DNA of 63,987 nt, filler included, from Microthyrium microscopicum (Eukaryota), in the NCBI GenBank assembly GCA_010405405.1. It is 5 parts of 4 records of this genome, joined end to end, with 100 filler letters (N's around TTAATTAATTAA, not from the genome) between each part and the next. Parts side by side here need not be neighbours in the genome. Positions count along the whole stretch, not along the records: positions 1 to 28,565 come from MU004231.1; 4 more parts are not named here. One strand, given 5' to 3'. The stretch's first letter is position 1; every line of letters starts with the position of its first letter. The notes beneath the pieces are model-generated. The model was not told where the DNA came from. It worked only from the letters and a program-made list of their open reading frames with translations, and searched no databases. A program made the translations under genes and the position numbers. This document shows positions 1 through 14,400 of this stretch, piece after piece.

Positions 1-1339
1 TATATTCTAAGGATAGAAAGAGCTAGCTTATAATATATTATAGTTAGTTAAATTTAGGATTATTATTATTAGTATATTTAAGAATTTTATAGCCTATATT
101 ATTAAGAAGATTATAATATAATAAATTAAATCTAAATACTTATTTTAGTATAGTTTAGCTAAAGCTATTTACTATAGCGTTATATATTAATAGTACTTAA
201 GAATTATTATAAAATATAGCTTTTTTATATTTAAGATTATAAATAAGTCTAGGCTAGAATAAATCTTTAGTCTATATAATTATTTAAGGTCTATATAAAG
301 ATATAATAGCTATTATCTATAGTCTATATAATGCTACTACTTTATTATAAATCTATAAGTTAATACTTATAAAATTTATTTAGAAAAGCTCTTATAGAGC
401 ATTATAGTTTATAAAACTAAGAAAAGTAATTATTAATTATAAATAATATTACTCTATATTTAGTAGTAATTTACTATAATTAGTATTCTCTAACTTTAAA
501 AGCTTTTCCTTACTATAATACTTTTTATTAAGAATTTAGAAATTAAAGGTATAATTAAGTAACTCTTTAGTAGCTATATCTATATTATATTCTTACTTTC
601 TTATTACTAAGTTAATTATACTAATTATTTTACTAACTTAATCTATAAATTTCCTAAATAAGTATTTAAGACGTTTAATATAATAATTATAAATACTTTT
701 AAAGTCTTAATATTTAGTATTTATATAAAGTTATTATAAGTAGTAAGCACTATACTATTTAGTAAGTAATACTATTTTAGTATTTAAGATATTAGTATTA
801 TAGTTATCTATATTATTTATATTCTACTATTATATACTAGGACTTTAATTTTAGTAAACTTAGGTTTATATCTCTTTTAATTTCCTTAAGGCAATAGATT
901 TCTTTATCTTAATTAAGTATCCTTAGATAGTAAAAAATTATAAAAGGTTTATAAGATTAACTTCTATATAGATATTTATATACTTAGTAATAAGATTATC
1001 TAATTATATATTTATAATATATATAGCTAAAATCTTTATCTTAAAATTAGAATAGAATATTATAAGAGTAATTAATATTATTATTATAGCTTTTATAGTT
1101 TTAGTCTTACTATATCCTAGCCTAGCATAGTAAATATTAAGTCTATCTTTACTACCTTTTAAGAGAATAATATTAATAAACTCTTTTTAATTCTTATAAA
1201 GAGTCTTTATAATATTAATCTATTCTACCTTTTTTATAAGATTTTAAATCTCTTCTAAGATAATTCTAAAATTAGTCTTTAGTAATTATATAGAAGTAGC
1301 TATACCTAGTCCTACGAAAATGCTTAGCAACTAGTACTA

Positions 1340-1372
1340 ATTATTATTAATATTAGTATTATTAACATTAGT

Positions 1373-1403
<31 letters not shown>

Positions 1404-1503
1404 GTATTACTATTATTAGTATTATTAGTATTTTTTATAGGCATAATCTTATTATTTAACTATTTATTAGAATTAAAAATATCTTTAGGTATATCTTTAT
1501 AAA

Positions 1504-1535
<32 letters not shown>

Positions 1536-1645
1536 GCATTATTAACTATATTTAATTACTAACTCTATTTATTATTAGCTACTTTTAATTACTAACTCTA
1601 TTTATTATTAGCTACTTTTAATTACTAACCTTATTTGTTATTAGC
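1340..1645. repeat. (TAT/TAG)n trinucleotide tracts plus three 33-bp tandem units
   Basis: TTA/TAT runs at 1340-1430 and 1503-1540. tttaattactaactctatttattattagctac recurs at 1551, 1584 and 1617. The tracts read as poly-Asp/Asn on the minus strand. Confidence 0.85.
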
Positions 1646-1703
1646 TTTAGTAATCTTTAGCTTAGTCTATTAATCTTAAGCTTAAGACTCTATAGAAAGA
1701 AAG

Positions 1704-2100
1704 GTACTATTATTAGTAGAATAGAGGAGTATTACTATAGTAGTATCTAGGAATTCTATATTAATATTATCTTAGATAAAGGAGAAGAAAGAATAAAAAG
1801 TATTATTATTAATAGAATAGAGAAGTACTACTATAGTAGTATTTAGGAATTCTATATTAATATTATTTTAGATAAAGAAAAAAAAAGAATAAAAAGTACT
1901 ATTATTATTAAAATAAAGGGGCACTATTATAGTAGTATCTAGGAATTCTATATTAATATTATCTTAAATAAAGGAGTAAGAAAGCTAAGAAGTACTATTA
2001 TTAATAGAATAGAGAGGCACTACTATAGTAGTATTTAGAAATTCTATATTAATATTATTTTAAATAAAAGAAAAGAAAGAATAAGAGATACTATTATTAT
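1704..2100. repeat. 96-bp tandem repeat, ~4 copies
   Basis: tagtatYtagRaattctatattaatattat recurs at 1741, 1837, 1933 and 2029. Confidence 0.95.
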
Positions 2101-5100
2101 TAGCTTTAAATTTCTATTTAAACTAAGATTTAGTTATATAGTTAAATAAATCTAGATTAAGTAGCTTATTAATTAGCTTTTATAAAGTAGAATTACTACT
2201 TATTTCCTTTAAAGTTTTTTTAGTCTAACTAGTTAAAGATTTTAATATATTATTCTTAATATTACTAAAGAATAAGCTACCTAATAAAGTATTCTCTTAT
2301 ATCTTATTAACCTTTATAGTTAACTCTTTTAGTATATTAGTATCTATTAATACTTCTTTAATATACTTTAATATAATACTAAATTCTACTTTTCTAAAGA
2401 ATAAGAATAAAGTATAGATAGTAAGAATCTTTTTTAATAAAGACTAATATTCTAAGGAGTCTAAATATAAGCTAAGTACTATAGTAAAGTAATAATCTAG
2501 GTTATATTCTTTCTATCTTAACTATACTTAGTTAAGACTATTTATTTAGTATATAATAAGCTTATCTAAATTATATATATATACTTTAACCTCTAGCTCT
2601 TTTAGTTTAAGGAAGGCCTTATATAGGTTCTTAATTAATTAGCTATAGTCTAAGGAAATAATAACTTCTTTAGGGATTTAGAATAAAGAGAATTAAATAT
2701 TATTAGTATATCTATTATTAAATATAATAAAAGAATAGTATATAATTATAAGTATATTATAAGTAACTTAAATATTATAGTCCTAGTTAATAACTTTAAT
2801 AGTAAATTAAGAGCTTTTAAGTCTAGCTTTTAGCTTAAGTTAAATTATATAAATATTACTTTCTTAAAAATAAAAATATTTATATCTATTTATTATAATA
2901 TAGAAATTAAGACTTACTAAGAATTTATAGTCTTTACTTTTTAATATTCTAGTAGTATATAATATAGTATTATAAGGAGCCTTATTCTACTTATATGCCT
3001 AATAAAGCTATTTTATTAGATTTATACTCTAAGCTATAAATAGATATAAAACTAAAGGATAGACTATATATAATAAACTTATAATTCTATTATTCTTTAC
3101 TTTTATAAGATTATTATAATTATTTAAGAAAGTAATATAATCTTTTTATAGGCTAAAAACGCTATTTATAAATAGATAATTAAGATTAGTAGAAATAATA
3201 TCTAGATTAGTTTATGCGCCTTAAAAGATTAGCTAAGAAAGATTCTTTTTTATAAGTATAGCTAGGCTAGTATTAACCTTAAAAAACTAGAAAACTATAA
3301 GGTACTAATTCTAAATAGTATACTAGAAATAGTAGAGAAGTAAATTAAATTTAGTATTCTTACTATTAACTATTAAATTACTAGTTATAATAAAGTAGAC
3401 TTAAAAAAAGTTATTTAATAGATTAGAGTATATCTTAATAATAAGTATAATTATATAGTCTATAGCTAGTATACTTCTATAATATTTAATATCTTAATTA
3501 ATTTTATAAGCTAACTAGATAAGTTACTCCTTTAGAATAACTATAAAAAACTTAGTAACTATCTAATCTATCTTTTTTTTCTTTATAATTAGATTATTTA
3601 GTAAGAAGTAGATAGTTTTAATTATTAGAGTTATAATATTTTTCTATATATTATTTCTATTTTTATTAACTTTAAAAGTATTTTTTTTATCTCTAAGATA
3701 TAGATAGATAGTTAAGATTAATATAAACTAAGTAACTTATTTATTATTCTTAATTATAGAGAATTATACTTTAATATTAGAAACTATAGCCTATTAATAT
3801 TTCTTTTTTAATCTATATATATATTTAGGCTTACTAGTAATACTATCTTAATTAACTTTATTATTAATACTATTACCTAAATATTAATTTACTTTATTAA
3901 CTAGATTATCTTTACTAAAAGCTACCTTTAGACTTTTCTTTAGTATATCTTCTAGATAAGGCTTACCTAAATATACTTATAAGCTATAAATTTACTAAAT
4001 TAAAGGCTTATTATTAAATAGATTTATTATAAGATTATAAATAGTATATTAAAAATTTTTAGAATTTATTTAAAGTATTAGTATAAAAGTATATTTAGAA
4101 GCTTCTAGACTATTCTAGACTTTTGCTTTATCTTTATTCTTAGTCTTAAGATTTTATTTACTTAAGTCTAAGAATATAGATAAAGAATTCTCTTTAGCTA
4201 AGTAAATAGAAATAGCTATAAAATCTAGTTTATATAAGTAATTAACTAGAAATAAAAGAATAAATTTCTTTAAACTTATATTTTAATAGCCTTAGAATTA
4301 TTTAGCTTACTATTTTTATAAAAAGTATAAGTTTTATACTAATTAGAAAAAAAATTTAGAATTATAATAGCTAGATAGCTAGAAATCTTAATAAGAATTT
4401 TATCTTTACCTATATCTTAGCTATAAATTTAGCTATTATAATTATATACTAATTATTAAATACGTAAAGTATTATAAGTAGCTATATTTATAATAAGTAG
4501 AGTAAAAGCTAAAGAAAAAATAAAAGATATAAAGGATTTAAATAGTATTTTCTTTAAAGAAGAAGAAATATTAAGAAAAGAAAATAAATAATAGTAATAA
4601 AAATAATAACTTACTTACTATACTAAAGCTTAAAAATATAACTATTAAAAGTTAGCTATTTAGCTTAAACTTTAGGTTATTAAGCTATACTATTTATAAA
4701 AGAATAAACTTAAGGAATTATTTAAAAAGACTTATTTAATTCTTATAATTATAAAAAGTAGTAAAAAAAAGAGATAGTAGTAAAAAAGAAGTTATAAAAA
4801 TAGAGTAAGGAATTACTTTCTCTATTAGAGATGTAACTAAAAGTTTATCTATTAGTAGAGTTATTATAAAGCTATACTATTTTATATATAATAACTAAGT
4901 ATAAAATAAATTTAAAAAAACTTATTTAATTTAGTAATTATAAAATAATAATAAGAAAATAGTAGTAAAAAAGATTTAATAGTAAAAAAATAAAAATATT
5001 TCTTCTTTTAGTATAGAATCTTCTAATTAAATAAGTAAAAACCTTACTAGAGCCTATATATAATAACTATATAGCTCTTAAGGTTAAGAAAGACTACTCC

Positions 5101-7949
5101 TTTCCTCTTAAATATTAAGTATAAGTATAGATATTAATTATAGTTTCCTATTTTATTATAATTATTACTAAACCTTATATTATAACTACTAAGTTAAGAA
5201 CTTAACTAACTTTATATAGACTAAGACTTCCTTTTAAGTTTAAGCTTATATTAGCTAAGCTTTACTTTACTACTTTAAAATATTCTCTCTTTAGGCCTTT
5301 AATATTTTTTTTCTTATTATTATATCTTTACCTTATTACTTTTCTATAATTATTAAATTAAATAAGTTCTTTTAATTTATTTATTCTTTAGCTATTAGTA
5401 TTTTATATACTTAGTAATTACTTTAGTTTAGCTCTATAGACATTAAATCTTTTCTCTTAAGTTAAAGATATAAATTAGTATCCTTAATTCTATAGCTTAA
5501 GGCTTTTATATATCTAATTATTTCTTTAATAAAGCCTCTAAGTATAATTCCTCCTTATAAATTAATTATAATATTAAATAAGCTATTTCCTTAGTATCTT
5601 TACTTTAAAAAGTTTTAGTATTTTATATATAGACTTCTAAAACTAGCTCTCTTTTAGTATAAACCTTACTTTTAGCTAGTAGTAGCCTATAAGTATAATA
5701 TTTTATAATAGCTAATTTTAAAAGTATAGTATAATATTACTTAGAGGTACTAAATAAATATTTTAGCTAACTTAATTTACTAGCTTTAATATATCCTTAC
5801 TAAATACTCTTTACTTCTAATTTACTACTAATTTACTATATTTAATAAATCTTTCTCTTTTAGCGCTATTAACTTTATTAATAAATTTATACTAAACTCT
5901 ATAAATAATATAGTAAAGATAATTTATAAAGTAAACTCTAAGTATAATTAGAGAAATTATAAGTAAGCTAAGTAAATAGTTAGAGCTAAGAATAACGTAA
6001 CTAAGGTAAACCTTTATATAGAATTAAGCTATTATACTAATAAAATAGTCCTTAATATTATTTTTATTATAAAAAGTAATATTCTTAATTAATTTAGTAT
6101 AATTAGATAGCCTAATAATACTATTAGCTATAATTTTAGATATATTAAAGTTATTAAACATAATTTATAATTCTTCTAAGCTATTATCTTATTAGCATTT
6201 AATATCTTCTTTTATAAAGCCTTAGACTAGATTATACTTTTATATACGTAATACTTTATTAGTAATAAATAAACTTATTAAGAATAATATAAGTAGTAAA
6301 AGTAGCCCTATAATCTATATAATTATTTTACTTTAAAGCTAGATATAATCCTAATTATTCTATAAATAACCTAAGCGTTTATAATATTTAATAATAAAGA
6401 TATATATAGTAATTCTACTTTTAGAAAATATTAGCTATACTATTCTTAGCTCCTTAACTAGTCTTATAGGACTATAAATAAACTATAAGGAAATTATACT
6501 TACTATCTAAACTTTATTAATAGTATATTACTAAATATACTNNNNNNNNNNNNNNNNNNNNNNNNNNNNNNNNNNNNNNNNNNNNNNNNNNNNNNNNNNN
6601 NNNNNNNNNNNNNNNNNNNNNNNNNNNNNNNNNNNNNNNNNNNNNNNNNNNNNNNNNNNNNNNNNNNNNNNNNNNNNNNNNNNNNNNNNNNNNNNNNNNN
6701 NNNNNNNNNNNNNNNNNNNNNNNNNNNNNNNNNNNNNNNNNNNNNNNNNNNNNNNNNNNNNNNNNNNNNNNNNNNNNNNNNNNNNNNNNNNNNNNNNNNN
6801 NNNNNNNNNNNNNNNNNNNNNNNNNNNNNNNNNNNNNNNNNNNNNNNNNNNNNNNNNNNNNNNNNNNNNNNNNNNNNNNNNNNNNNNNNNNNNNNNNNNN
6901 NNNNNNNNNNNNNNNNNNNNNNNNNNNNNNNNNNNNNNNNNNNNNNNNNNNNNNNNNNNNNNNNNNNNNNNNNNNNNNNNNNNNNNNNNNNNNNNNNNNN
7001 NNNNNNNNNNNNNNNNNNNNNNNNNNNNNNNNNNNNNNNNNNNNNNNNNNNNNNNNNNNNNNNNNNNNNNNNNNNNNNNNNNNNNNNNNNNNNNNNNNNN
7101 NNNNNNNNNNNNNNNNNNNNNNNNNNNNNNNNNNNNNNNNNNNNNNNNNNNNNNNNNNNNNNNNNNNNNNNNNNNNNNNNNNNNNNNNNNNTTACTTATA
7201 ATAATCTCTATAGGCTAAGAAAGATTACTTTTAAGATTACTTAAGTTAAATCTTCTTTAAAGAAAACTTATACTAGTAAATAAAAGTATAAAACCTTAGT
7301 TACTTTTACTCTAAGCTCTTTTCTTTTACCTTAAAATAAATATAATAAGAGACTTTATACTTAACCTTATATAGATCCTTAACTAACTACTTAACCTATC
7401 TCTACTACTAAATTATTAATATATAAATATAATATATATAAAGATTTTATTCTTAACTAATTTAATAAAAATAGTAAAATTACTAAAAATAATAAAGATA
7501 GTAAGGTTACTAAAGATAATAAAGATAGCTTAGATAAGGATTCTAAAGATAGCTTAGTTAAGGATTCTAATATAGATTTAAATAGTAATTTAGATAATTT
7601 TAAAGAAAAAGACTTAGAATTTTTACTAGTATTACCTAGTAGAATAAAATAGAAGTATAATAATAATAAGAATAATATAGAAAAAGTTAGTAGTAGCTAT
7701 AATCTTTTAGTATCTATAAATAGAAAGAAATTTAAAAATAAATCTAGTTCTTATAATTATAAAGAATAATAGACTTTAATATAAATAAGCCTATTTAGTA
7801 AGAAAAATAGAGATAAGTCTAAATATAAGAAAGTAAAGGTAAAATTATTTCTAATCTTAGAAGTAATTAATAAAAATAGTAGCTAGAAATATTATACTCC
7901 TCTAAGCTTACTAATCTAAATATTATAACCTTAGAATACTACTACTAAT

Positions 7950-8440
7950 ATAGAGATAAAGAGTATATAATAAGATTAAGTACTACTTTTAAATAGCGCT
8001 AGATTTATAGATACTACTACTATATCTTCTTAAAGACTTAAAGAATATATTATTAAGCTAGAGATAGAGAGTATATAATAAGATTAAGTACTACTTTTAG
8101 ATAGTACTAGACTTATAGATACTACTACTATATCTTTTTAAGAACTTAAAGAGTATATTATTAAGCTAGAAATAAAGAATATATAATAAAATTAAGTACT
8201 ATTTCTAAATAGCACTAGACTTATAAATACTACTACTATATCTTCTTAAAGACTTAAAGAGTATGTTATTAAGCTAAAGATAGAAAGTATATAATAAGAT
8301 TAAGTACTACTTTTAGATAGTACTAAACCTATAAATACTACTACTATATCTTCTTAAAGACTTAAAGAGCGTATTATTAAGCTAAAAATAGAGAATATAT
8401 AATAAGATTAAGTATTACTTCTAAATAGTAATAAACTTAC
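7950..8440. repeat. 108-bp tandem repeat, ~4.5 copies
   Basis: taagattaagtactact recurs at 7971, 8079, 8187, 8295 and 8403. Confidence 0.95.
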
Positions 8441-11400
8441 GTAACCTTAAAGCCTTAAGCCTCTTACTAGTAANNNNNNNNNNNNNNNNNNNNNNNNNNN
8501 NNNNNNNNNNNNNNNNNNNNNNNNNNNNNNNNNNNNNNNNNNNNNNNNNNNNNNNNNNNNNNNNNNNNNNNNNNNNNNNNNNNNNNNNNNNNNNNNNNNN
8601 NNNNNNNNNNNNNNNNNNNNNNNNNNNNNNNNNNNNNNNNNNNNNNNNNNNNNNNNNNNNNNNNNNNNNNNNNNNNNNNNNNNNNNNNNNNNNNNNNNNN
8701 NNNNNNNNNNNNNNNNNNNNNNNNNNNNNNNNNNNNNNNNNNNNNNNNNNNNNNNNNNNNNNNNNNNNNNNNNNNNNNNNNNNNNNNNNNNNNNNNNNNN
8801 NNNNNNNNNNNNNNNNNNNNNNNNNNNNNNNNNNNNNNNNNNNNNNNNNNNNNNNNNNNNNNNNNNNNNNNNNNNNNNNNNNNNNNNNNNNNNNNNNNNN
8901 NNNNNNNNNNNNNNNNNNNNNNNNNNNNNNNNNNNNNNNNNNNNNNNNNNNNNNNNNNNNNNTATTAGCTTTTATATACTAAAGACTTTTAAAAATAAAT
9001 ATATCTAAAAATAAACTAGTTTCTTTATTAACTACTTTAACTATACTAAATATAGATTTATTATACTTAAGTCTTTTATAATAGATAAAGCTCTATATAC
9101 TAAAGCTTTATAAGCTAAACTATTTTATAATATATATATAAAATATAGAGAGTCTAGAATAGTTAAAGATAAGGATTTAAAAGCTTTCTTTATTATAAGC
9201 TTCTATATAGAATTACTATAAAGTAAAACTTATAAGTACTTAATACTTAAAGACTAAAAAAAGATATATATATTCTTTAATTATAAAGATAAGAGTAATA
9301 TATTAGACTTTATTATTTCTAAATTTAAAGTTAACGTTTAAATTTATTAAGCTATTAAAGTAATAATTATATATAAGTATATTATCCTTATATAAAGCCT
9401 TTATATTATAAACGTTTTAAGCTTAGAGAAGACTATTTAGATATTAGTTACTATTTAGATAAATAATTAATAAACTAAAAGCGTAGTAATGTATATAAAG
9501 AAGTAGTACCTTATAAAAAAAAAGAAACTTAAGCTTCTTAAGGAATATTTATTAAACGTTTAAGTCTCTAGTTATTAAGGCCCTAAGGATAAAAAGAAAA
9601 GTTCTTATACGTAGTTAAGAAGTCTTAACTAACTTATAATATATTATTACTCTAAGAAATTACTAGTATAGTTAAAATTTATTATAACTTATATTAACCT
9701 TAATAACTACTAGTATAGTACTTTTACTATTAGTATAAACTATATATAAATAATTATATTTATAATCTTAGTTTAGTTAAATAAATAAAAAAAGGTAATT
9801 AATACCTTAAAATATAAAAATAAGCCTAACTAGGTATTTATTCTCTATATTAACTATTTAAGTATAAAACCTAAGTTTATATTCCTAAATAAAGTCTCTT
9901 ATATATATAGACTTTTTATTAATTTTAAAACTAATTTTAGAATACTTAAGTAAACTAGTATTATTATATTAATAATATTAGGTTTATATATATTCTAAGT
10001 TTTATAACTAATTATAAGACTCTTATAAGCATAGTTAAAAGAATAGAAAACTAGATATTATAAAACTCTAAAACCTAAGAACTACCTCTATATTAATATA
10101 GAATTAGTAGTAAATAGAGATAAANNNNNNNNNNNNNNNNNNNNNNNNNNNNNNNNNNNNNNNNNNNNNNNNNNNNNNNNNNNNNNNNNNNNNNNNNNNT
10201 TACTTAGTAAATATATAATATATTTACTTCTCTAATACTAATAAAGACATTAAGAAGTTTCTTAAATAAGAATTAAAGAAAGATTAAGTAATCTTTATTA
10301 ATAACTATATATTATTTATCTTTCTATTACTTAATGCTATTTTTAGTTAGATTACTATACTTATTATAAAAAATATAAGATTATATAAGTATCTTAATAA
10401 AAAAGAAGAGAAATAGCTTATAAAAGAATAAGCTTAAGTAAGTATTACTTTAGTTAGTATATATACCTTATTTAAACTTTACTATATAATAGATATAGAG
10501 CTTTTTAGTTAAAAGTATATTATACTACCTCTAAATAAAATAGAGCTTATTATTATTAATATAATAAACTTAGAGATAATATAGCTTATAGATAAGCTTA
10601 ATAAATATATAGTAGCATAAATAAATAAACTAAGGATAATTACTATTAATAATTTTAGTACTTAGTATAAAAGTAAATTATATTAAGCTAAATAAATATA
10701 AGCTAAGCTAGCTAACTATATAATTTACTAAACCTTTATTAAGATTATATATTATAGACTTATTATTAAGGTACCCTATTTATTAATATTAAAATAAGTA
10801 AAAGAAATTAAAGGATAAGCTAAAGATAATCTTTATTATATACTAGTAAAAATTAATAGTAACCTATTTTTAAAGCTTAACTCTAAGAAACTAGCTAAGC
10901 CTAAGAATAATCTCTTTATTAAAAAAGCTACTTAGTTTCTAAAAATAAATACTTAAATATAGTATATAGTAAAGGTTATTAAAAAGATTTATACTAACCT
11001 AGAAATATACTTTCTTAATAGAAAGTAAAAGAAATAAGGCTTATAATAAAGTAAAGTCTTAATTATTATAAAGTATTCTACTTTTACTAGTATAATTATA
11101 GTAGTACTTTAATATATAATTAAGAAATTTAATCTCTAAGTACTTTATTTTACTAAAACTAGTACGTTAAATAAAAAGTTATTTTTAATTAAAGTAAGCT
11201 ATTTAAGAACTAGCTTATCTTTATATAATAAAGCTAATATCTATTACTTTTTTTAAAATATTCTAAAGTCTATTATAAGTAGTTAAACGCTATTAAGAGT
11301 AAGTAAATACTTTTTTAATAAGAATATCTAGGTTCTAGTTAAAATATATAGTAGCTATAGTACTAAAAGTAACTAATAGTAAATAAAGTATCTAATTATA

Positions 11401-14400
11401 ATATCTATTCTAATATTACTAAGTAATTAGACTTAAGATACTAAAAGAGTTCTTTAAGTAGGCAATATAGCAAAGTATATCTTAATTAAAGTATTATGCT
11501 TAGATAATAATCTAATTAATATACTATTATAAAATATTAATAAGTTTTAGTTAAATACTATAAGTTTTATAAAGGCTTATTCTAAAAATTAAGTAGTATA
11601 ACTAATAGAATTTAAAAATTTATAAATATATCTTAAATTAGAACTAACTTAGTCTAAGTTAACTAAATTAGTATCCTAACCTAAAGAAGCTCTAGCTTCT
11701 CTATTTATAGAAAAGATATAGAAATACTTAAAAAATATTAAAAATAATATATACTAGAATATTAAAAAGAGTTTAGTTATAATTAAGATAAAGCTTAGAG
11801 ATAATAAATTTAATAAATAACTTTATATATAATTAGTTTAGTTTATAGTAAGAGTTAAAGTACTATTATTAAATTATTAATAATATAGGATACTAGAAAA
11901 TATACTTAAAGTTAATATTATTACTATTAATATATAAAATACGCCTTTATAATAAATCTAAATATCTTAATTAGACTAATAAATATATCTAGTAGCTAAA
12001 AGAATTTAGAGAGAGATAGAAGAATAATAAAAATAAATAATAATACCTTATAGCCTATAGAGTATTTATTTAGCTAAATATTTTTTAGTATATATTTATA
12101 AGATATAACCTAGCTATATTTATTTATAAATGCTATTCTACTTATATCCTTCCTTCTTAGTAATATTAACTTATAAAGTAAATAATATAGTACTATTAGT
12201 TTCTATAGCTCTTACTAGAATCTTAGGTAAAGAGCTTAAGAAGAATTATAAAGCTATATTATCTATACTATTAAGTAATTAATAATCTAAGCTAATATTC
12301 TAATAAAGTATTCTATTAATCTTTCTTCTATTTATTTATAATATTAGAACTCTCTTAAAAATAAAAATTAGTAGTTTAATCCTTTAACTTTAGCTTTTCT
12401 ATAAGTAAATTTATTATTTCTATTAGTAGAAGGTTAGTAAATTATACTATATTATAATATTAGTATTATTAATATACTTAAATAAACTAGAGAAGATTTA
12501 GCTATATAATTATTTTCTTTACTAAGATTAATTTTATTATTTACTTTATCTATATTAAAAGGCTAAGAAAAAGATAATAAAGAAAAAAGAGATAGAAAAA
12601 GATAAGAATAAGAAACTAAAGGTTAAGAAGGCTTAAACTTAAGGTATTAAGTTCTATTTAATTAAATAGAAAAGATTACGTCCTTTTATAACCTTAATAA
12701 TAAATTACTAGTCTAAGTAACTTTACTACCTAAATCTAAGACTTACTTATAATAACTATTACTAGTTTTAATCCTTAGCTTACTTATTTAACTCTATTTT
12801 TATACCTAATATCTTTATTTATTTTAGCATTATATCTACTACTAATAATTATAAATATTATATTATTTCTTATACTAAGATAATTTATAAACTTAGTTAA
12901 GCTTTTATAAACTTAATAAGCTTATATAAATATATAAACTTTAAGAAACCTAATATAGTATCTAGATTTAAATAGTATTTAATCCTAATATATTAACTAT
13001 AATTATACTTTTCTATAATAGGCTTTATTTAGATATATACTTTAATATATACTTATTCTAGTTATAGTAACTTATCCTTTCTATGTCTCTTATTAAGATT
13101 TACTTAGGTAGGTATTACTATGCTTTAATTAGACTTACTTAAAGTACTTTAGGCTAATTTTTAAAGAGTCTAAGGAAGAGTAAAGTAATACTTAAGATAT
13201 AAATAAAATTAAGAGTAAGAACTATAATCCTTTAAAATAATTAAGTATAGACTAATTATTCTATAAATATAAAGCTATAGCTATATAATTACCTACTCTA
13301 CTAGAAGTAAGTTTACTATATCTTATATTTTTATTTAAAAGCTAAGAATATAAAGAAACTAAAGAATGTAAAGAAAATAAAGAAGTATATAAAAAAGGCT
13401 ATAAAGAAGGTTATAAAGAAGGCTTAATTAAAAGAGAAGGCTAAAGTAGAAGAAGTTACTAACTTATTAAAAAAGACTATACTTAAAAATAAGATTAAGG
13501 TAGTAGCTAAAGAAGCTAAAAAAGCTTAGAGTTTAAGATATAAAATACTCTTTATTAAGTAGAAACTAAAAGTTATTATATAGAATTTATAATTACTATA
13601 TTAAAGTTACTTAATAATATTAGCTCTAAAAGCTTAAATAATTTTCTTTATTTATACTTTTTTACTTTAAAGGTTCTAGTCTCTATATTAAGGAGCTTTC
13701 TAATATAATCTTAAATATTCTAAATATACTTATATATAAGAGATATATAGTAAATAATAAGATAAGTTATAAAAAAGGTAGTAATTAAAAATAATAATTA
13801 AGAAAAATAAAATCTTAAGCTATAAGTATATTTAATAAAAAGAATTACTCTACTACTCTTAAAATCTAAGAATCTAATTAACTATTAAAAAAGTTATATA
13901 AAGTTTTAGACTTAAAATTACTACTAAGCTTTAAGGCTTCTTATCCTTTTTTCTACTATTTATTTTTTTCTATTTATAGTAATTATATTTTTATATTAAA
14001 TATATATTAATTAGCATAAAGATTAAGATATTATTCTTAAAGAGAAAAGAGTAAAGTCTATTAAGATAAAATAACCTTTAATTATAAAATTATTTATTAT
14101 ATTAAGACTATTACTACTATTTTCTTTACTTATATCTTAGAGTAGTAAATAAAAAGAAAGAGAAGAAAGAAAAGATTATAAGTAAGAAGAATAAAGAATA
14201 AAAGAAGAAGAGAAAAGAGAAAAAGAAATAAGTAGAATAAAAGATAAAAGAAGAAGAGATATAATAAGTAGATATAAAAAATAACTAAACTATTATAATT
14301 AGCTATAAAACTAAGCTAATATAATAATTTAAGAGTAATAAAAGTCTAAATTATTACTATTAATTATATTTAAGCTAGAAATTAAAATAAAAAAGGTTAG

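Larger units (their letters stand above)
1..3000 (-). pseudogene. RIP-inactivated Upf1/DNA2/NAM7-like superfamily 1 helicase (runs off the left edge; N-terminal limit approximate)
   Basis: Motifs lie in one minus-strand frame. 1126-1103 GCT AGG CTA GGA TAT AGT AAG ACT de-RIPs to AGPGCGKT (Walker A). KILAIYIINI*LDNL at ~1040-995 matches motif Ia. 346-335 AAT AAA GTA GTA de-RIPs to DEAA (motif II). 271-245 TKDLF*PRL de-RIPs to TGDxxQPGP (motif III). Confidence 0.8.
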
